The notes: generated by a model not told the origin, from the letters alone. 64,000 nucleotides of DNA from Planctomycetia bacterium (GCA_015200345.1 CP054187.1:416470-480469); one strand, 5' to 3'. Counted from the first letter of the stretch, positions 1-9,292 are shown. Translations and numbers: made by a program.

Positions 1-2
1 TC

Positions 3-1421
3 ACGTGGGAGCGAAACGGTCGCCGGACGCACATTTTCAACCCGTCGGCCTTCGGGCAGTTTCTCTTTGCGCTGGGGCTGATCTTCACGGGCACGACGAA
101 CGAGCTGACATGGGGCAAGCAGATCGCCGCATCGTTCGAAACGCCGCACATGCTGATCGTGATTTTCCTCGGCGGCCTGCTCGTCCAGTACTTGTTCCAT
201 GTCACGCTCATGACGCTGGCCGCGATGTCCATGCTCATCGTTCTCAATCTCGGGTACACACAGGCGACCGGGCTGTACTACTTTGTCAACGTCAACATCG
301 CCGCGCCGATCTTCCTCGGCCTGCACCTGCTCATCACCGACCCCGCGACGTCTCCGCGAACCAACCTCGGACGCGTGATCTTCGGCGCGCTGTATGGCAT
401 CGGCTACTTCGTGTTGTTCCGCATGCTTGATCTTTACGAGGTGCCTCTCTTCTGGGACAAGCTCCTGCCCGTACCGATCCTGAACCTGTGTGTTCCGATG
501 ATTGAAAGGCTGACGCGCAGCGGCATCCTCGGGCGCTTCAATCAAGGATGGGAGTCGATCCTCCCGCCGCGCAGACTCAATCTTGCCCACATGGCTTGCT
601 GGGCCGCGGTCTTCGGCGGAATGTATGCAACAGGCTATATCGAAGCGCCCCACCCCGGCAATTCAATCCCGTTCTGGAAGAAAGCCTTCGCCGAAAACCG
701 CATGCACGCCGGGCACAGCCTCGTCCTCGCGGCCGGCGCGCAGGCGGAAGGGGGGCATTCCGGCGCCGCCTACAACGAACTCGGCCTGATCTGCATGGAG
801 GGCAAGATCGTCCGCGAGAACCACGCCGCCGCCGCGAAACACTTCGCCCGCGCCTGCGAATTGGGCAACGTCGACGGCTGCGCCAACACGGTGATTCAGT
901 TTCTCTTTCTGAAAGAGTGGAAATCCGACGCCGACGTGGACCATGCGCTGGATTTGCTTGAGGCAGTCTGCGACGCCGAGCCGGGTGTGGGCGCGTGTTT
1001 CCTCGTGGGCAAGGCTTACGAGACCGGTCGCGGGAGGCCGCGCGACTTGGCGCGAGCGATCGCTCTGTATGAGCGGTGTGGAAAGGACGATCTCTACGCG
1101 GCCAAAGGCCTGGCCCGCATTGCACTGCTGCCCGACGCGCCGTCGTATGTTCCCGGGGGAATCGAACAAACGCTCGTGCAGGCGAGCGTCTATGGCGATT
1201 CAGAAAGCTGCTGGTATCTTGCCTTCCTGTACGACCGCGGTTTGGGCGTCGCGAAAGACCCCGTCAAATCGCGGCGATTCCTCGAAGCCGCGTGCCGATT
1301 GGGCGTGAAAGAAGCCTGCGACATCAAGGCGATGCCGAGCCTGCCGCCGTTCACCAAGCCGCGCATGCTGGTTCCCGGTTGGTACTCGGCTTTCCCGTTG
1401 TCACCTTCCCCCGCTTCATGA
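3..1421 (+). CDS. Multi-pass membrane protein (NqrB/RnfD-like motif) fused to C-terminal Sel1-like repeats; 5' end cut by window edge
   Basis: Frame 3 is open from the window edge (TWERNGRRTHIFNPSAFGQFLFALGLIF...), so the listed ATG at 150 is internal. The hydrophobic N-terminal half contains LITDPATSPRT, resembling the TDPxTSP motif of NqrB/RnfD-type subunits. The C-terminal half has Sel1-like repeats (AAKHFARACELGNVDGC, GKAYETGRGRPRDLARAIALYERCG, YLAFLYDRGLGVAKDPVKSRRFLEAAC). Confidence 0.6.
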   Translation, partial: TWERNGRRTHIFNPSAFGQFLFALGLIFTGTTNELTWGKQIAASFETPHMLIVIFLGGLLVQYLFHVTLMTLAAMSMLIVLNLGYTQATGLYYFVNVNIAAPIFLGLHLLITDPATSPRTNLGRVIFGALYGIGYFVLFRMLDLYEVPLFWDKLLPVPILNLCVPMIERLTRSGILGRFNQGWESILPPRRLNLAHMACWAAVFGGMYATGYIEAPHPGNSIPFWKKAFAENRMHAGHSLVLAAGAQAEGGHSGAAYNELGLICMEGKIVRENHAAAAKHFARACELGNVDGCANTVIQFLFLKEWKSDADVDHALDLLEAVCDAEPGVGACFLVGKAYETGRGRPRDLARAIALYERCGKDDLYAAKGLARIALLPDAPSYVPGGIEQTLVQASVYGDSESCWYLAFLYDRGLGVAKDPVKSRRFLEAACRLGVKEACDIKAMPSLPPFTKPRMLVPGWYSAFPLSPSPAS

Positions 1422-1439
1422 CCTGGTTGCCGAATCCTG

Positions 1440-2177
1440 CTAAATGACGGACCTGGTCGCCACACCCGCGCGGAACATCGCCGGAAGATCACTCACTCGT
1501 ACCGCGCTAAGGCTGTCCAATTTCAGGTCCGCATGCGAATCCCGCACGGCTCGTCCTAGTCCGATGACCCGCATCCCGGCACCGCGCGCCAATTCGACAC
1601 CGATTTGCGAATCTTCCACGACCACGCACCGCGCCGGATCGCATCGCATTGCAACGGCAGCGTGGGCGTATCGATTCGTCTGCCCGCGCGGCAGCCCAAC
1701 CTGGCCATCCACGACGCGCTCAAACCGGTGAATCAATCCAATGCGGGTCAGCACCGTGCGCGCGTTCCGGCTGGCCGACACGGCCGCCAATCGAACGCCG
1801 GCATGCGAAAGATCGGACAGCAACTCGGCCGCTCCGGGCAAGGCGTCGCCGGGCGTCAGCCCTTCAAGACGTGAAACGTAATGGCCGTTCTTGCGATCCA
1901 TCACGCGCTCGAAGTCCTCTGCCGGCAGTTCGCGCTCGCCCAGAATTAGCCGCAGGGAGTCCTCCCGCGAGCGGCCGCGCAGCAACGGAATGACGGAAGC
2001 GGGAATCTCAATGCCGATTTCCTCGGCGGCCTCGCGCCAGGCCGCGGCGTGAAGGTCCGCCGTGTCCGCCAGGACGCCGTCCACATCAAACAGAAATACG
2101 TCGATATTTAATCCCGACACCGCGGAAGCGGTCTGCGCAGCGATCGGGTTCGCTCGTTTCAAGATTGTGACGGCCAT
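1440..2177 (-). CDS. HAD-superfamily hydrolase, beta-phosphoglucomutase-like
   Basis: 245-aa ORF with HAD motif I FLFDVDGVLADT. It also has later HAD-like motifs (AAVSASRN, VVVEDSQIGVELARGAGM). Confidence 0.75.
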   Translation of the reverse strand: MAVTILKRANPIAAQTASAVSGLNIDVFLFDVDGVLADTADLHAAAWREAAEEIGIEIPASVIPLLRGRSREDSLRLILGERELPAEDFERVMDRKNGHYVSRLEGLTPGDALPGAAELLSDLSHAGVRLAAVSASRNARTVLTRIGLIHRFERVVDGQVGLPRGQTNRYAHAAVAMRCDPARCVVVEDSQIGVELARGAGMRVIGLGRAVRDSHADLKLDSLSAVRVSDLPAMFRAGVATRSVI

Positions 2178-3519
2178 GCCCCTTTATCGACCGATCCCAC
2201 CGCCGCCTTCACCCTGCTCCAGCCGCTTGACAGCACCCGTTGCGGCCAATGGAATCCGCCCGATGTCCGACACGCCGCACAACACTGCCGCGCAGCTCTG
2301 GCGCGTCCGCATCCCGCTGATCCTCACAGCCGCGGCCGTGTACATCCTGACGCCCCGATTTACCGGCGAAGTGTTCAAGACAGGCGGCCGCTTTCCTCCT
2401 TTCGCCGCGGCCTTTCTGGAGGGACGCTTGTCCGTCGAAACCGCGACCGCGCCGCTCGACGTGTTGGAGGAACTCATCCCCAGACCGGATGGAAAGCGGC
2501 TCTTTCTCGCGTATCCGCCTCTGCCGGCGATCCTGATGATGCCGTTTGTCGCGCTGCTTGGCGTCGGCGCGGTGACGACGCAACTGGCATGCCGCGTGGT
2601 AAGCGTTGTCAACGTTGCCGTGTTCGACCTCTGCGTCGTCCGCGCTGCGAAACTGCTCGGCAGACCTCCGCCCACACCGATCGCACGCGCCGCCCTGGGG
2701 CTGTTCTTTGCCTTTGGAACGGCGACCTGGCACAACGCACAATTCGGCGGCGACTGGCACTATGCCCATGCCGTGGCGCTGGCAGCCATGCTCGCAGGCA
2801 CGGCTGAACACTGCGGCCGAAGGCGCCCCACCGTCGTCGGTGCGTGCATCGCCGCAGCACTCCTGACCCGACCGACCGCCGCGCTCTGCGGCGTATTCTT
2901 CCTGATGCCGTGGGTGCGTTCACGCGATTACTTATCGCTTTCTCGCGCGCTCATGCCGATCGGTGCTGGCGGACTGATGCTCGCCGTCTACAACGCCGCG
3001 CGCTTCGGCGACCCGCTGGACTTCGGTTACTCAAGAATGCTGCTCACCGGAATGGGCGAACGATTGATGGCCCAGTACGGCCAGTTTCATCCGCACTTCA
3101 TTCCGCGAAACGCGTTCTGGTTCTTCCTTGCCCCGCCCTGGATCGCCACCGAGCCGGTCCTGCGGCTGACCTATGATCCGCGCGGATTGAGCCTGTTCCT
3201 CGCCTCCCCTGCCTTGATATACGCTTTCGTTTCGCTGCGAGCGCCACACCGCCAGGTCGGGCTGCGCGACGCATGGTTTGCCATGGCGCTGTGCCTGTTG
3301 CCGCTGCTCTCGTACTTCAACTCCGGCTTCTGGCAGTTCGGGCATCGCTTCGCGCTGGATTACCTGCCGATTCTCCTGCTCCTGATGATGGCCGGCATGA
3401 GTCCGCGCCCCAGTCGCACGACCTATATCCTGATGGCGATGTCCGTTGCCATGCAGACCTGGGGCGTCTTGATAGCCATACCCGCCCCGCTGCCGGCTTG
3501 GCTGGCCCCCGCACCCTGA
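2176..3519 (+). CDS. Multi-pass membrane glycosyltransferase-like protein (ArnT/PMT, GT39/GT83-like)
   Basis: Long ORF with many hydrophobic segments (LILTAAAVYILTP, LPAILMMPFVALLGVGAV, LLLLMMAGM). The listed start at 2062 overlaps the divergent HAD gene, so in-frame ATG 2176 (MPLYRP) or 2263 (MSDTPH) is more plausible. The family call is only a similarity impression. Confidence 0.5.
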   Translation: MPLYRPIPPPPSPCSSRLTAPVAANGIRPMSDTPHNTAAQLWRVRIPLILTAAAVYILTPRFTGEVFKTGGRFPPFAAAFLEGRLSVETATAPLDVLEELIPRPDGKRLFLAYPPLPAILMMPFVALLGVGAVTTQLACRVVSVVNVAVFDLCVVRAAKLLGRPPPTPIARAALGLFFAFGTATWHNAQFGGDWHYAHAVALAAMLAGTAEHCGRRRPTVVGACIAAALLTRPTAALCGVFFLMPWVRSRDYLSLSRALMPIGAGGLMLAVYNAARFGDPLDFGYSRMLLTGMGERLMAQYGQFHPHFIPRNAFWFFLAPPWIATEPVLRLTYDPRGLSLFLASPALIYAFVSLRAPHRQVGLRDAWFAMALCLLPLLSYFNSGFWQFGHRFALDYLPILLLLMMAGMSPRPSRTTYILMAMSVAMQTWGVLIAIPAPLPAWLAPAP

Positions 3520-3611
3520 CGACCCGATGCAAGACACATTTCAGGACTCAAAACGAAGCAATCCGATTGAATTCGCCCGGCTTCGCAGGGTAGACTTGTA
3601 GCGGAGGACTC

Positions 3612-4649
3612 ATGCACTCGTCGAATCGATTCCGGTTTTCGGTCGCCGTCCTGGTCGCAACGTCGATGCTCGGTGGTCGGACCTCGAACGCCGTAGCCCA
3701 AACCAAGCCTTCCCAAGATCGCGGCGGACGCGGCATCCTGCGGAATCTCGCGGCTACTCTTCTAAACAACACCGGCCGCCGACCGTGGATCCCCAACGGT
3801 GGAAACCGTACCGTGATCGTCACGTCACCCTCGTACGTTTATTCCAACGAACCGAGCAATCTCATCTTCAGTCCCGGCGCATATGATGTCAACCGGCCGA
3901 CACAAGTTAATACGCCGCCCCCGCTCGCAACGCTGTACAATCCCGCACCCGCCTACGTGTCACCAGTGCGGGAACCGCCCATCACCACGTACATGAACAC
4001 CACGACTCTTCGGCCGATCGGCGTCGCGGGCGGCGGCATGATCCCACGTTCGTCTCCCGCGGGATCCAGCATGCCGACGGCCCTGCCTGCCCGCCCCGTC
4101 CGTGATACGCGTGGGTTTTTTCCTCTTGGGCGCACCGCGTCACTGGAGGCCGCCAAATCAGCCGGCATTGCCATTGGCCGGGGCGAAATCGCATTCCAGC
4201 AAGGTCGTTACGAAGAGGCCCGTGGCGAATTTCTTCGCGCCCGAGAATGGGTGAAGGACGATGCCCACGTTTGTTTCAACATCGGCGTCTCGGAGTTTGC
4301 GCTGGGCCAATACGATCGCGCCGCGAAGGCGATTCACGAGGGGATTCTCCTTTCTCCGGACGACTACCTGACGTATCGCCTGCTGCCCCGCTATGACAGC
4401 CCTGAAAATCTCCGGGCGCAACGTGAGCGACTCGAGACGCACACGATCGCGAATCCGAAGGACACCGCCGCCTTGTTTGTTCTGACTTTGGTGCGATGGT
4501 GGTCGGGAGACGCCCGCGGCGCAATCAATGCGCTGGATCAATGGGAGAACGCGACCGAGAATCAAAGCGACGCAACGAGCCGCTTCAGTCAGAACCTGCG
4601 CCACTGGGCGGGCCGGGCGGCAGCGGCTGATCCAACCGCGCCCAAATGA
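3612..4649 (+). CDS. Secreted TPR-like repeat protein (hypothetical)
   Basis: GGAGG lies 6 nt upstream of the ATG. N-terminal signal peptide MHSSNRFRFSVAVLVATSMLGGRTSNAVAQ. A Pro-rich middle region is followed by a TPR-like C-terminus (GEIAFQQGRYEEARGEFLRA, NIGVSEFALGQYDRAAKAIHEGI). Confidence 0.6.
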   Translation: MHSSNRFRFSVAVLVATSMLGGRTSNAVAQTKPSQDRGGRGILRNLAATLLNNTGRRPWIPNGGNRTVIVTSPSYVYSNEPSNLIFSPGAYDVNRPTQVNTPPPLATLYNPAPAYVSPVREPPITTYMNTTTLRPIGVAGGGMIPRSSPAGSSMPTALPARPVRDTRGFFPLGRTASLEAAKSAGIAIGRGEIAFQQGRYEEARGEFLRAREWVKDDAHVCFNIGVSEFALGQYDRAAKAIHEGILLSPDDYLTYRLLPRYDSPENLRAQRERLETHTIANPKDTAALFVLTLVRWWSGDARGAINALDQWENATENQSDATSRFSQNLRHWAGRAAAADPTAPK

Positions 4650-4947
4650 AGCCGCCGTCAACGCGCGTTTCGTAGCGGCGCAGGTGAACGGTCTCGGAGA
4701 GCGTGCACCGGCCGCTTTCGAGATCAAACTTCCAGCAGTGCCATGGACATGTTACTTCGCGCCCTTCCACCTGCCCCGCCGCCAGATTTCCCCCCGCGTG
4801 CGGACAGGAATTCGCCGTGACCCAATAACGATCGGGCTTGACCAAGCGAAAAACCGCCAGCTCCAAACCGCCCGCCTCGACATACTTCACCGTCCCCGCC
4901 CGCAGAGCATCGGCCGGCAACAGACGTGTCCACTGTGTGTCGTCCAT
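4585..4947 (-). CDS. Rieske [2Fe-2S] domain protein, NirD-like
   Basis: 120-aa ORF with the two Rieske boxes: CPHAGG (CxH) and CPWHCW (CxxH), spaced about 18 residues apart. Confidence 0.8.
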   Translation of the reverse strand: MDDTQWTRLLPADALRAGTVKYVEAGGLELAVFRLVKPDRYWVTANSCPHAGGNLAAGQVEGREVTCPWHCWKFDLESGRCTLSETVHLRRYETRVDGGFIWARLDQPLPPGPPSGAGSD

Positions 4948-5475
4948 TCAGAGTTCTCTTGGCAAATCCTGACACCGTTTGCCGTCGCACTGCAACAAAT
5001 TCTATAACATTTTCAATCCTCGTGCAGCGGTTTACGTTCTCGTCGGCAGGGGAAATGGGGCGTACGGGTCGTTCGGGCTTAGGCACCGACTGCTCCGGAC
5101 GCGATCAGAATTTTGTAAGATGGCAGGTCATCCGCTTCCCGCCCGCACGGGAACGACGCGCCCGGGGTGGTCTCCCGGTCCTCTCGATCCTTCCCTCGCC
5201 GCGCGAAGGCACTGTGCTCCCTTGTGTCCGTATTCGCCTCGATCAATCGCTACTGGGACGCTTGAGTGCGGGCAAATTCTGAACCATCGCGGCGGAATCA
5301 GGGGACTATTGCCCATCTCTGCCGATTTTCGTCGACCGATGCCGGTATGGCGAGGTCTCGTAGGCCTTTGCTTGACCTGGCACGGAGGTTGCTCTTCAAC
5401 CAGGCGTCGATCCGGCGGCGTGCCGGAGGACCGTAACCAGGCATCACGCTGGGACAAAAGGAGTCAAACGTAAAA

Positions 5476-5580
5476 ATGGAAGGTTTCGATCTGTTGGGCA
5501 CCATTCAGGCATTCTTGTCGGGAATCTGGGAGATTCTCGCTGGATTCCTAAGCCTGATCTTCGGCCCGATTCAACTGTAG
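5476..5580 (+). CDS. 34-aa hydrophobic micro-protein (hypothetical)
   Basis: Not in the ORF track because it is under 60 aa. AAAGGAG at 5457-5463, then ATG 5476. Product MEGFDLLGTIQAFLSGIWEILAGFLSLIFGPIQL, stop TAG 5578-5580. A stem-loop plus T-run follows about 50 nt downstream. Confidence 0.35.
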   Translation: MEGFDLLGTIQAFLSGIWEILAGFLSLIFGPIQL

Positions 5581-5630
5581 CAGCGGTCAGTCGCTTCTAA
5601 CTTCCCTCTCCTCTCTCCAGTGCGGCAAGA

Positions 5631-5663
5631 AAAAGGCCCGTGGCGCAAAGCCCGGGCCTTTTT
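5631..5663. terminator. Bidirectional rho-independent terminator candidate
   Basis: AAAA-GGCCCG-(tggcgcaaagcc)-CGGGCC-TTTTT. The A-run and T-run flank a GC stem. It lies between the + micro-ORF and the convergent - gene 5759..6076. Confidence 0.55.
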
Positions 5664-5758
5664 CGATTTCTACCGTACCACAAAAACCGGCGGCGCGGGA
5701 ACACACCACGCGCCACCGGCAAGGTTTGTTGCTCAATCGACTCTTCAACCGAACCTGT

Positions 5759-6076
5759 TTACCAGCCGCAGCGATTCCCGCGGCCCCAGCCGCCCCGGCT
5801 GTAGTTGAACGAGAAGCCCACCGGCCGCGGCGAGCGAATGTATCGCGGACCGCAATCGTACCACGACCGCGAGTAGCCCCAAGTCCGCACCGGCGGGTAA
5901 TACCGCGGCGCATAATACCTCGGGCCGTAATCCGACCAGGAACGGCTGTACGAGTACGAATAGCCGCCTCGACGCGGGCCGCACCGTCCATCGGCCTCGG
6001 CCGTGGCCGCACCGACCGTGCTCACCGCCAGCGCGGCGACGGCCCCCAGTACCATCACTCTCATACGCTTGTTCAT
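5759..6076 (-). CDS. Small secreted Tyr/Arg/Ser/Trp-rich low-complexity protein
   Basis: Signal peptide MNKRMRVMVLGAVAALAVSTVGAATAEA. The mature part has reiterated YSRSW, GPRY and RYY units and 3 Cys. Confidence 0.55.
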   Translation of the reverse strand: MNKRMRVMVLGAVAALAVSTVGAATAEADGRCGPRRGGYSYSYSRSWSDYGPRYYAPRYYPPVRTWGYSRSWYDCGPRYIRSPRPVGFSFNYSRGGWGRGNRCGW

Positions 6077-6582
6077 GTCTCAAATCTCCTGCAAACGACA
6101 GAGTCTTCGCCGACTTGGCCGTTTACGGCGCTGCGGGTGGCCAACCCACAGGCGATCCCTGCGATGCGGGGACAGTGGTTCAGACACAAGCCGGAACGGT
6201 TTGGTTAGTGGAATCCGGGCCGCCCACGCACGGGCGCAGCGCGCGGTTTTCACCCAGCTATCCCAGCGAACAGCTGAAACGGGGGCGGTTTGTTTTTGGC
6301 ACGCTAAACGGAGCAGGCGGATTCAATGGCACCGCTGGTCCGTGTCCGGTTACCGCTATCGTCCGGATCGGCCTTGTGCGTTTCAGGTTGGGTCCGCCCG
6401 GGCGATTCCGCGAAGTACCTAACCGGCGGTCGCCGGCTTAAGAAACCGATCAAGAATGGCTTTGTAACCTCTCACAAGAACCATCAGAAGATACCTGACT
6501 CTGTTTTGAATGGTGAGTCAGAACAGAGGCCACGCAAGGGACGTTCATTGCTTCACGCCCCTTCGCCCGGTGTAATACGCTC

Positions 6583-7581
6583 ATGGCCTTTGAACAGGTG
6601 GCAATGATCGGCGACGGGCAGATGGCCACGGTATGCAGCGTCATGCTGGCCGACCGGGGCTTGCACGTTCGCATGTGGGGCGTGAGCCGCGATCACATCG
6701 AGGCGCTGAAAACCACGCGGGAAAATAAACGTTACCTGCCGGGTCTGCGCATTCCCGAGCGCGTGTCGTTCACGAATGACCCGGCAGCCGTGTTTCGCAA
6801 TGCCGATCTGGTCGTGTCAGCCGTACCCTGCCAGTATGTCCGCTCGGTGTGGAAACAACTGGCGCCGGCGTATCCTGCGGGGCTGCCGGTGGCAAGCGTC
6901 TCAAAAGGCATCGAGAACGACACGCTGCTCCGTCCGACGCAGGTGATTCAGGACGTGATCGGCTCCTGTCCGGTGGCGGCGCTCTCCGGGCCGAACATCG
7001 CGATGGAGCTGGCGCGCTGCCTGCCGGCCACGATTGTCGCCGCCAGCGAAGATGCCGATCTCGCGGCGGGCGTTCAGGAAGCCTTCTCATCCCAGTGGTT
7101 TCGTGTCTATACGAATGACGATTTGCTCGGTGTGGAGCTGGCCGGCGCGACCAAAAACGTCATCGCCATCGCAGCCGGCATCGTGGACGGCCTCAAGGCG
7201 GGCGACAACGCCAAGGCGGCCCTGCTGACCCGCGGCCTGGTCGAGATCACGCGGCTGGGAGTCGCGTTGGGCGCAAAACGCGAGACCTTCGCGGGCCTGG
7301 CGGGACTGGGCGATCTGGTCACGACCTGCGTCAGCCCGCACGGTCGCAACCGCACTGCCGGGGAGATGTTCGGCCGGGGGAAAAAGTACGAAGAAGTCAT
7401 CGCCGCGACCCCATCGGTCATCGAAGGCATCCCGACGACGCGGAGCGTCTATCAATTGGCGCGGCAACATCACGTCGAGATGCCGATCACCGAGGCAGTC
7501 TACGGCGTATTGTTCGAGGGCAAGGATGTGATCGCGACGCTTAGCGAGCTGATGACGCGCCGGCTCAAGGGCGAAACGTAA
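6583..7581 (+). CDS. gpsA: NAD(P)H-dependent glycerol-3-phosphate dehydrogenase
   Basis: N-terminal Rossmann motif VAMIGDGQMATV. GpsA-typical blocks: ENKRYLPG, SVSKGIE, LSGPNIAMELA, GATKNVIAIAAGI, GLGDLVTTC. Confidence 0.9.
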   Translation: MAFEQVAMIGDGQMATVCSVMLADRGLHVRMWGVSRDHIEALKTTRENKRYLPGLRIPERVSFTNDPAAVFRNADLVVSAVPCQYVRSVWKQLAPAYPAGLPVASVSKGIENDTLLRPTQVIQDVIGSCPVAALSGPNIAMELARCLPATIVAASEDADLAAGVQEAFSSQWFRVYTNDDLLGVELAGATKNVIAIAAGIVDGLKAGDNAKAALLTRGLVEITRLGVALGAKRETFAGLAGLGDLVTTCVSPHGRNRTAGEMFGRGKKYEEVIAATPSVIEGIPTTRSVYQLARQHHVEMPITEAVYGVLFEGKDVIATLSELMTRRLKGET

Positions 7582-7726
7582 TGCGATGACGTTTGCCGGT
7601 CGATACCGCACCCACCGAGGAGTCCGCGCCGGTCCGGTGAAACCATGAGACCTCCGATGTTCGACCAGCCGGTCTGAAATCTTGCCAATTGGATCAACCG
7701 TTTGGAAAGGGGCAACCAGCCGACAC

Positions 7727-8716
7727 ATGCCGATGGCGACTCCAATCCGATGGGCGATTGTCGGCTGTGGCCGCGTTGCGCAGCGGCGAGTCGCGCCGGT
7801 CTTTGCTCACCTGGAAAATGCGATCTTGCATGCATTTTGTTCGCGCGACCTCTCGCGCGCTCGTGAGTTCGCCGGCCGGTTCGGCGCGCCCGCGGCATAC
7901 GGCTCGCTCGATGATCTCCTGCGTGATCCCGCGGTGGACGCCGTCTATGTCGCCCTGCCCAATGTCCTGCACGCGCCGACAGCCATTCAATGCCTGAATG
8001 CCGGAAAACACGTGCTCTGCGACAAACCGCTGGCCATGTCCGCGGCAGAAGCGTGCGCGATGGCCGATGCGGCACAAAAAGCCGATCGAACGCTTTCGGT
8101 GCTGCACCAGCAGCGATTTCACCCGGCGAATCAGCGGCTGCTGGAGCTCATACGGATCGGCGAACTTGGACGACTGCTATCAATTCGCATTCACATCGGT
8201 TTCTTCTATCCGCCCGGCGACTTGTGGCGACTCGACCCGGCGCGATCCGGCGGCGGTGCCTGGATGGACCTTGCCCCGCATGCGCTGGACCTGATGCTTC
8301 AATGCGGGGGGCCAATGCAAATCACTGCGGGCCGCGTGCGCAATCTGTGCTTTGACTACCCGGTGGAGGACGACGCCCGTGCGGAACTCTCATTCCAAAG
8401 CGGAGCAGTCGGCGCGGTGGAGACTTCCTACTGCACGCACGCCTACGGCGGGCGAATCGAGGTCTACGGCGAATCCGCGTCGTTCATCGCTGACGGAACG
8501 TTGCAGGCCGCGCCGCGGTATCGCACCATGCTCCGCAAGCCCGGCGATGTCATGGAGATCGACGAGCAGCCCGCCTCCGTCGACTGCTTTGAATCGGCCG
8601 TCCAGGATTTCTCCGCCGCCATTTCCGATGGGCGACCCCCGCGCGTCCGCATCGAAGACGCGCTCGCAGTCATGGACGCGGTCGATGCCCTTTACCGCAT
8701 GGCGCGGTCGCGGTGA
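7727..8716 (+). CDS. Gfo/Idh/MocA family oxidoreductase
   Basis: IRWAIVGCGRVAQRRV Rossmann N-terminus. VYVALPNVLHAPTAIQCLNAGKHVLCDKPLA is typical of this family. The start is set at ATG 7727 (MPMATP) rather than the listed TTG 7682. Confidence 0.8.
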   Translation: MPMATPIRWAIVGCGRVAQRRVAPVFAHLENAILHAFCSRDLSRAREFAGRFGAPAAYGSLDDLLRDPAVDAVYVALPNVLHAPTAIQCLNAGKHVLCDKPLAMSAAEACAMADAAQKADRTLSVLHQQRFHPANQRLLELIRIGELGRLLSIRIHIGFFYPPGDLWRLDPARSGGGAWMDLAPHALDLMLQCGGPMQITAGRVRNLCFDYPVEDDARAELSFQSGAVGAVETSYCTHAYGGRIEVYGESASFIADGTLQAAPRYRTMLRKPGDVMEIDEQPASVDCFESAVQDFSAAISDGRPPRVRIEDALAVMDAVDALYRMARSR

Positions 8717-8733
8717 CTCCGCGCGATCGACGA

Positions 8734-9186
8734 TTATCCCCCGGTTCGCGTCGCCGTCGGTCGCGCGCGCTGCTCCGCCTGATCGGCGGCTTCGGCCTCG
8801 CCAACCTCTTCCTTTGAGACGGCGGACTCGTCCCCGGACACTACGACGGAGACATCCTTCTTCGTCGCACCGGCCGTTTCGCACTTCGGGCAAATGATGT
8901 CCCCCCGGTCGCGTCGCACCTGGGCCGACTTCGCCACCGTCAACTCGAAGTCGTGCCCGCAGCGGGAGCAGTGATACGCGATTTGCATGCTCGAAACACC
9001 GGAATCCACTTCAGCATCACCGGCTGTCCACCCGTAATACGCCGCGATGAACACGCCAATGGCCAAGGTCGCAATTGCGGCGCCTTGCTTCAAGCCGCCG
9101 CGTCCGCCAATCGCTCCCCGGACCCCGCGCGCCGCGCTTCCATGATCGCCCCCCTGAAGCTCATAACGACGACGAGATTGCGGCAC
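8734..9186 (-). CDS. Membrane-anchored zinc-ribbon protein (hypothetical)
   Basis: C-terminal CxxC...CPxC ribbon (YHCSRCGHDFEL...IICPKCE), preceded by a TM helix (AAIATLAIGVFIAAYYGW). The listed 253-aa version overlaps the upstream gene. GTG 9186 has AGGAAG 6 nt upstream. The minimal version starts at ATG 8988. The start is uncertain. Confidence 0.45.
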   Translation of the reverse strand: MPQSRRRYELQGGDHGSAARGVRGAIGGRGGLKQGAAIATLAIGVFIAAYYGWTAGDAEVDSGVSSMQIAYHCSRCGHDFELTVAKSAQVRRDRGDIICPKCETAGATKKDVSVVVSGDESAVSKEEVGEAEAADQAEQRARPTATRTGG

Positions 9187-9292
9187 AACGCGCTTCCTTG
9201 ATCCTGCGGCGGCTCCAACTACGACAACATTGCCCGAAACCGCGGCACCATGCAGGCGAAATCCAGACGTCCGTTGAACGTCATGGCGTGCG

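Noticed and set aside
5090-5230. Segment ggtggtctcccggtcc, considered as a cobalamin-riboswitch B12 box
   Set aside because: It matches the B12-box consensus only loosely on either strand, the other conserved riboswitch elements were not seen, and the downstream gene is not B12-related.
6495-6528. Overlapping complementary segments (CTGACT/AGTCAG and CTCTGTT/AACAGAG) upstream of gpsA, considered as an attenuator or pseudoknot
   Set aside because: The stems are only 6-7 bp. They are arranged A-B-A'-B' with loops too short to form together. No T-run or leader peptide is present, so the evidence is insufficient.
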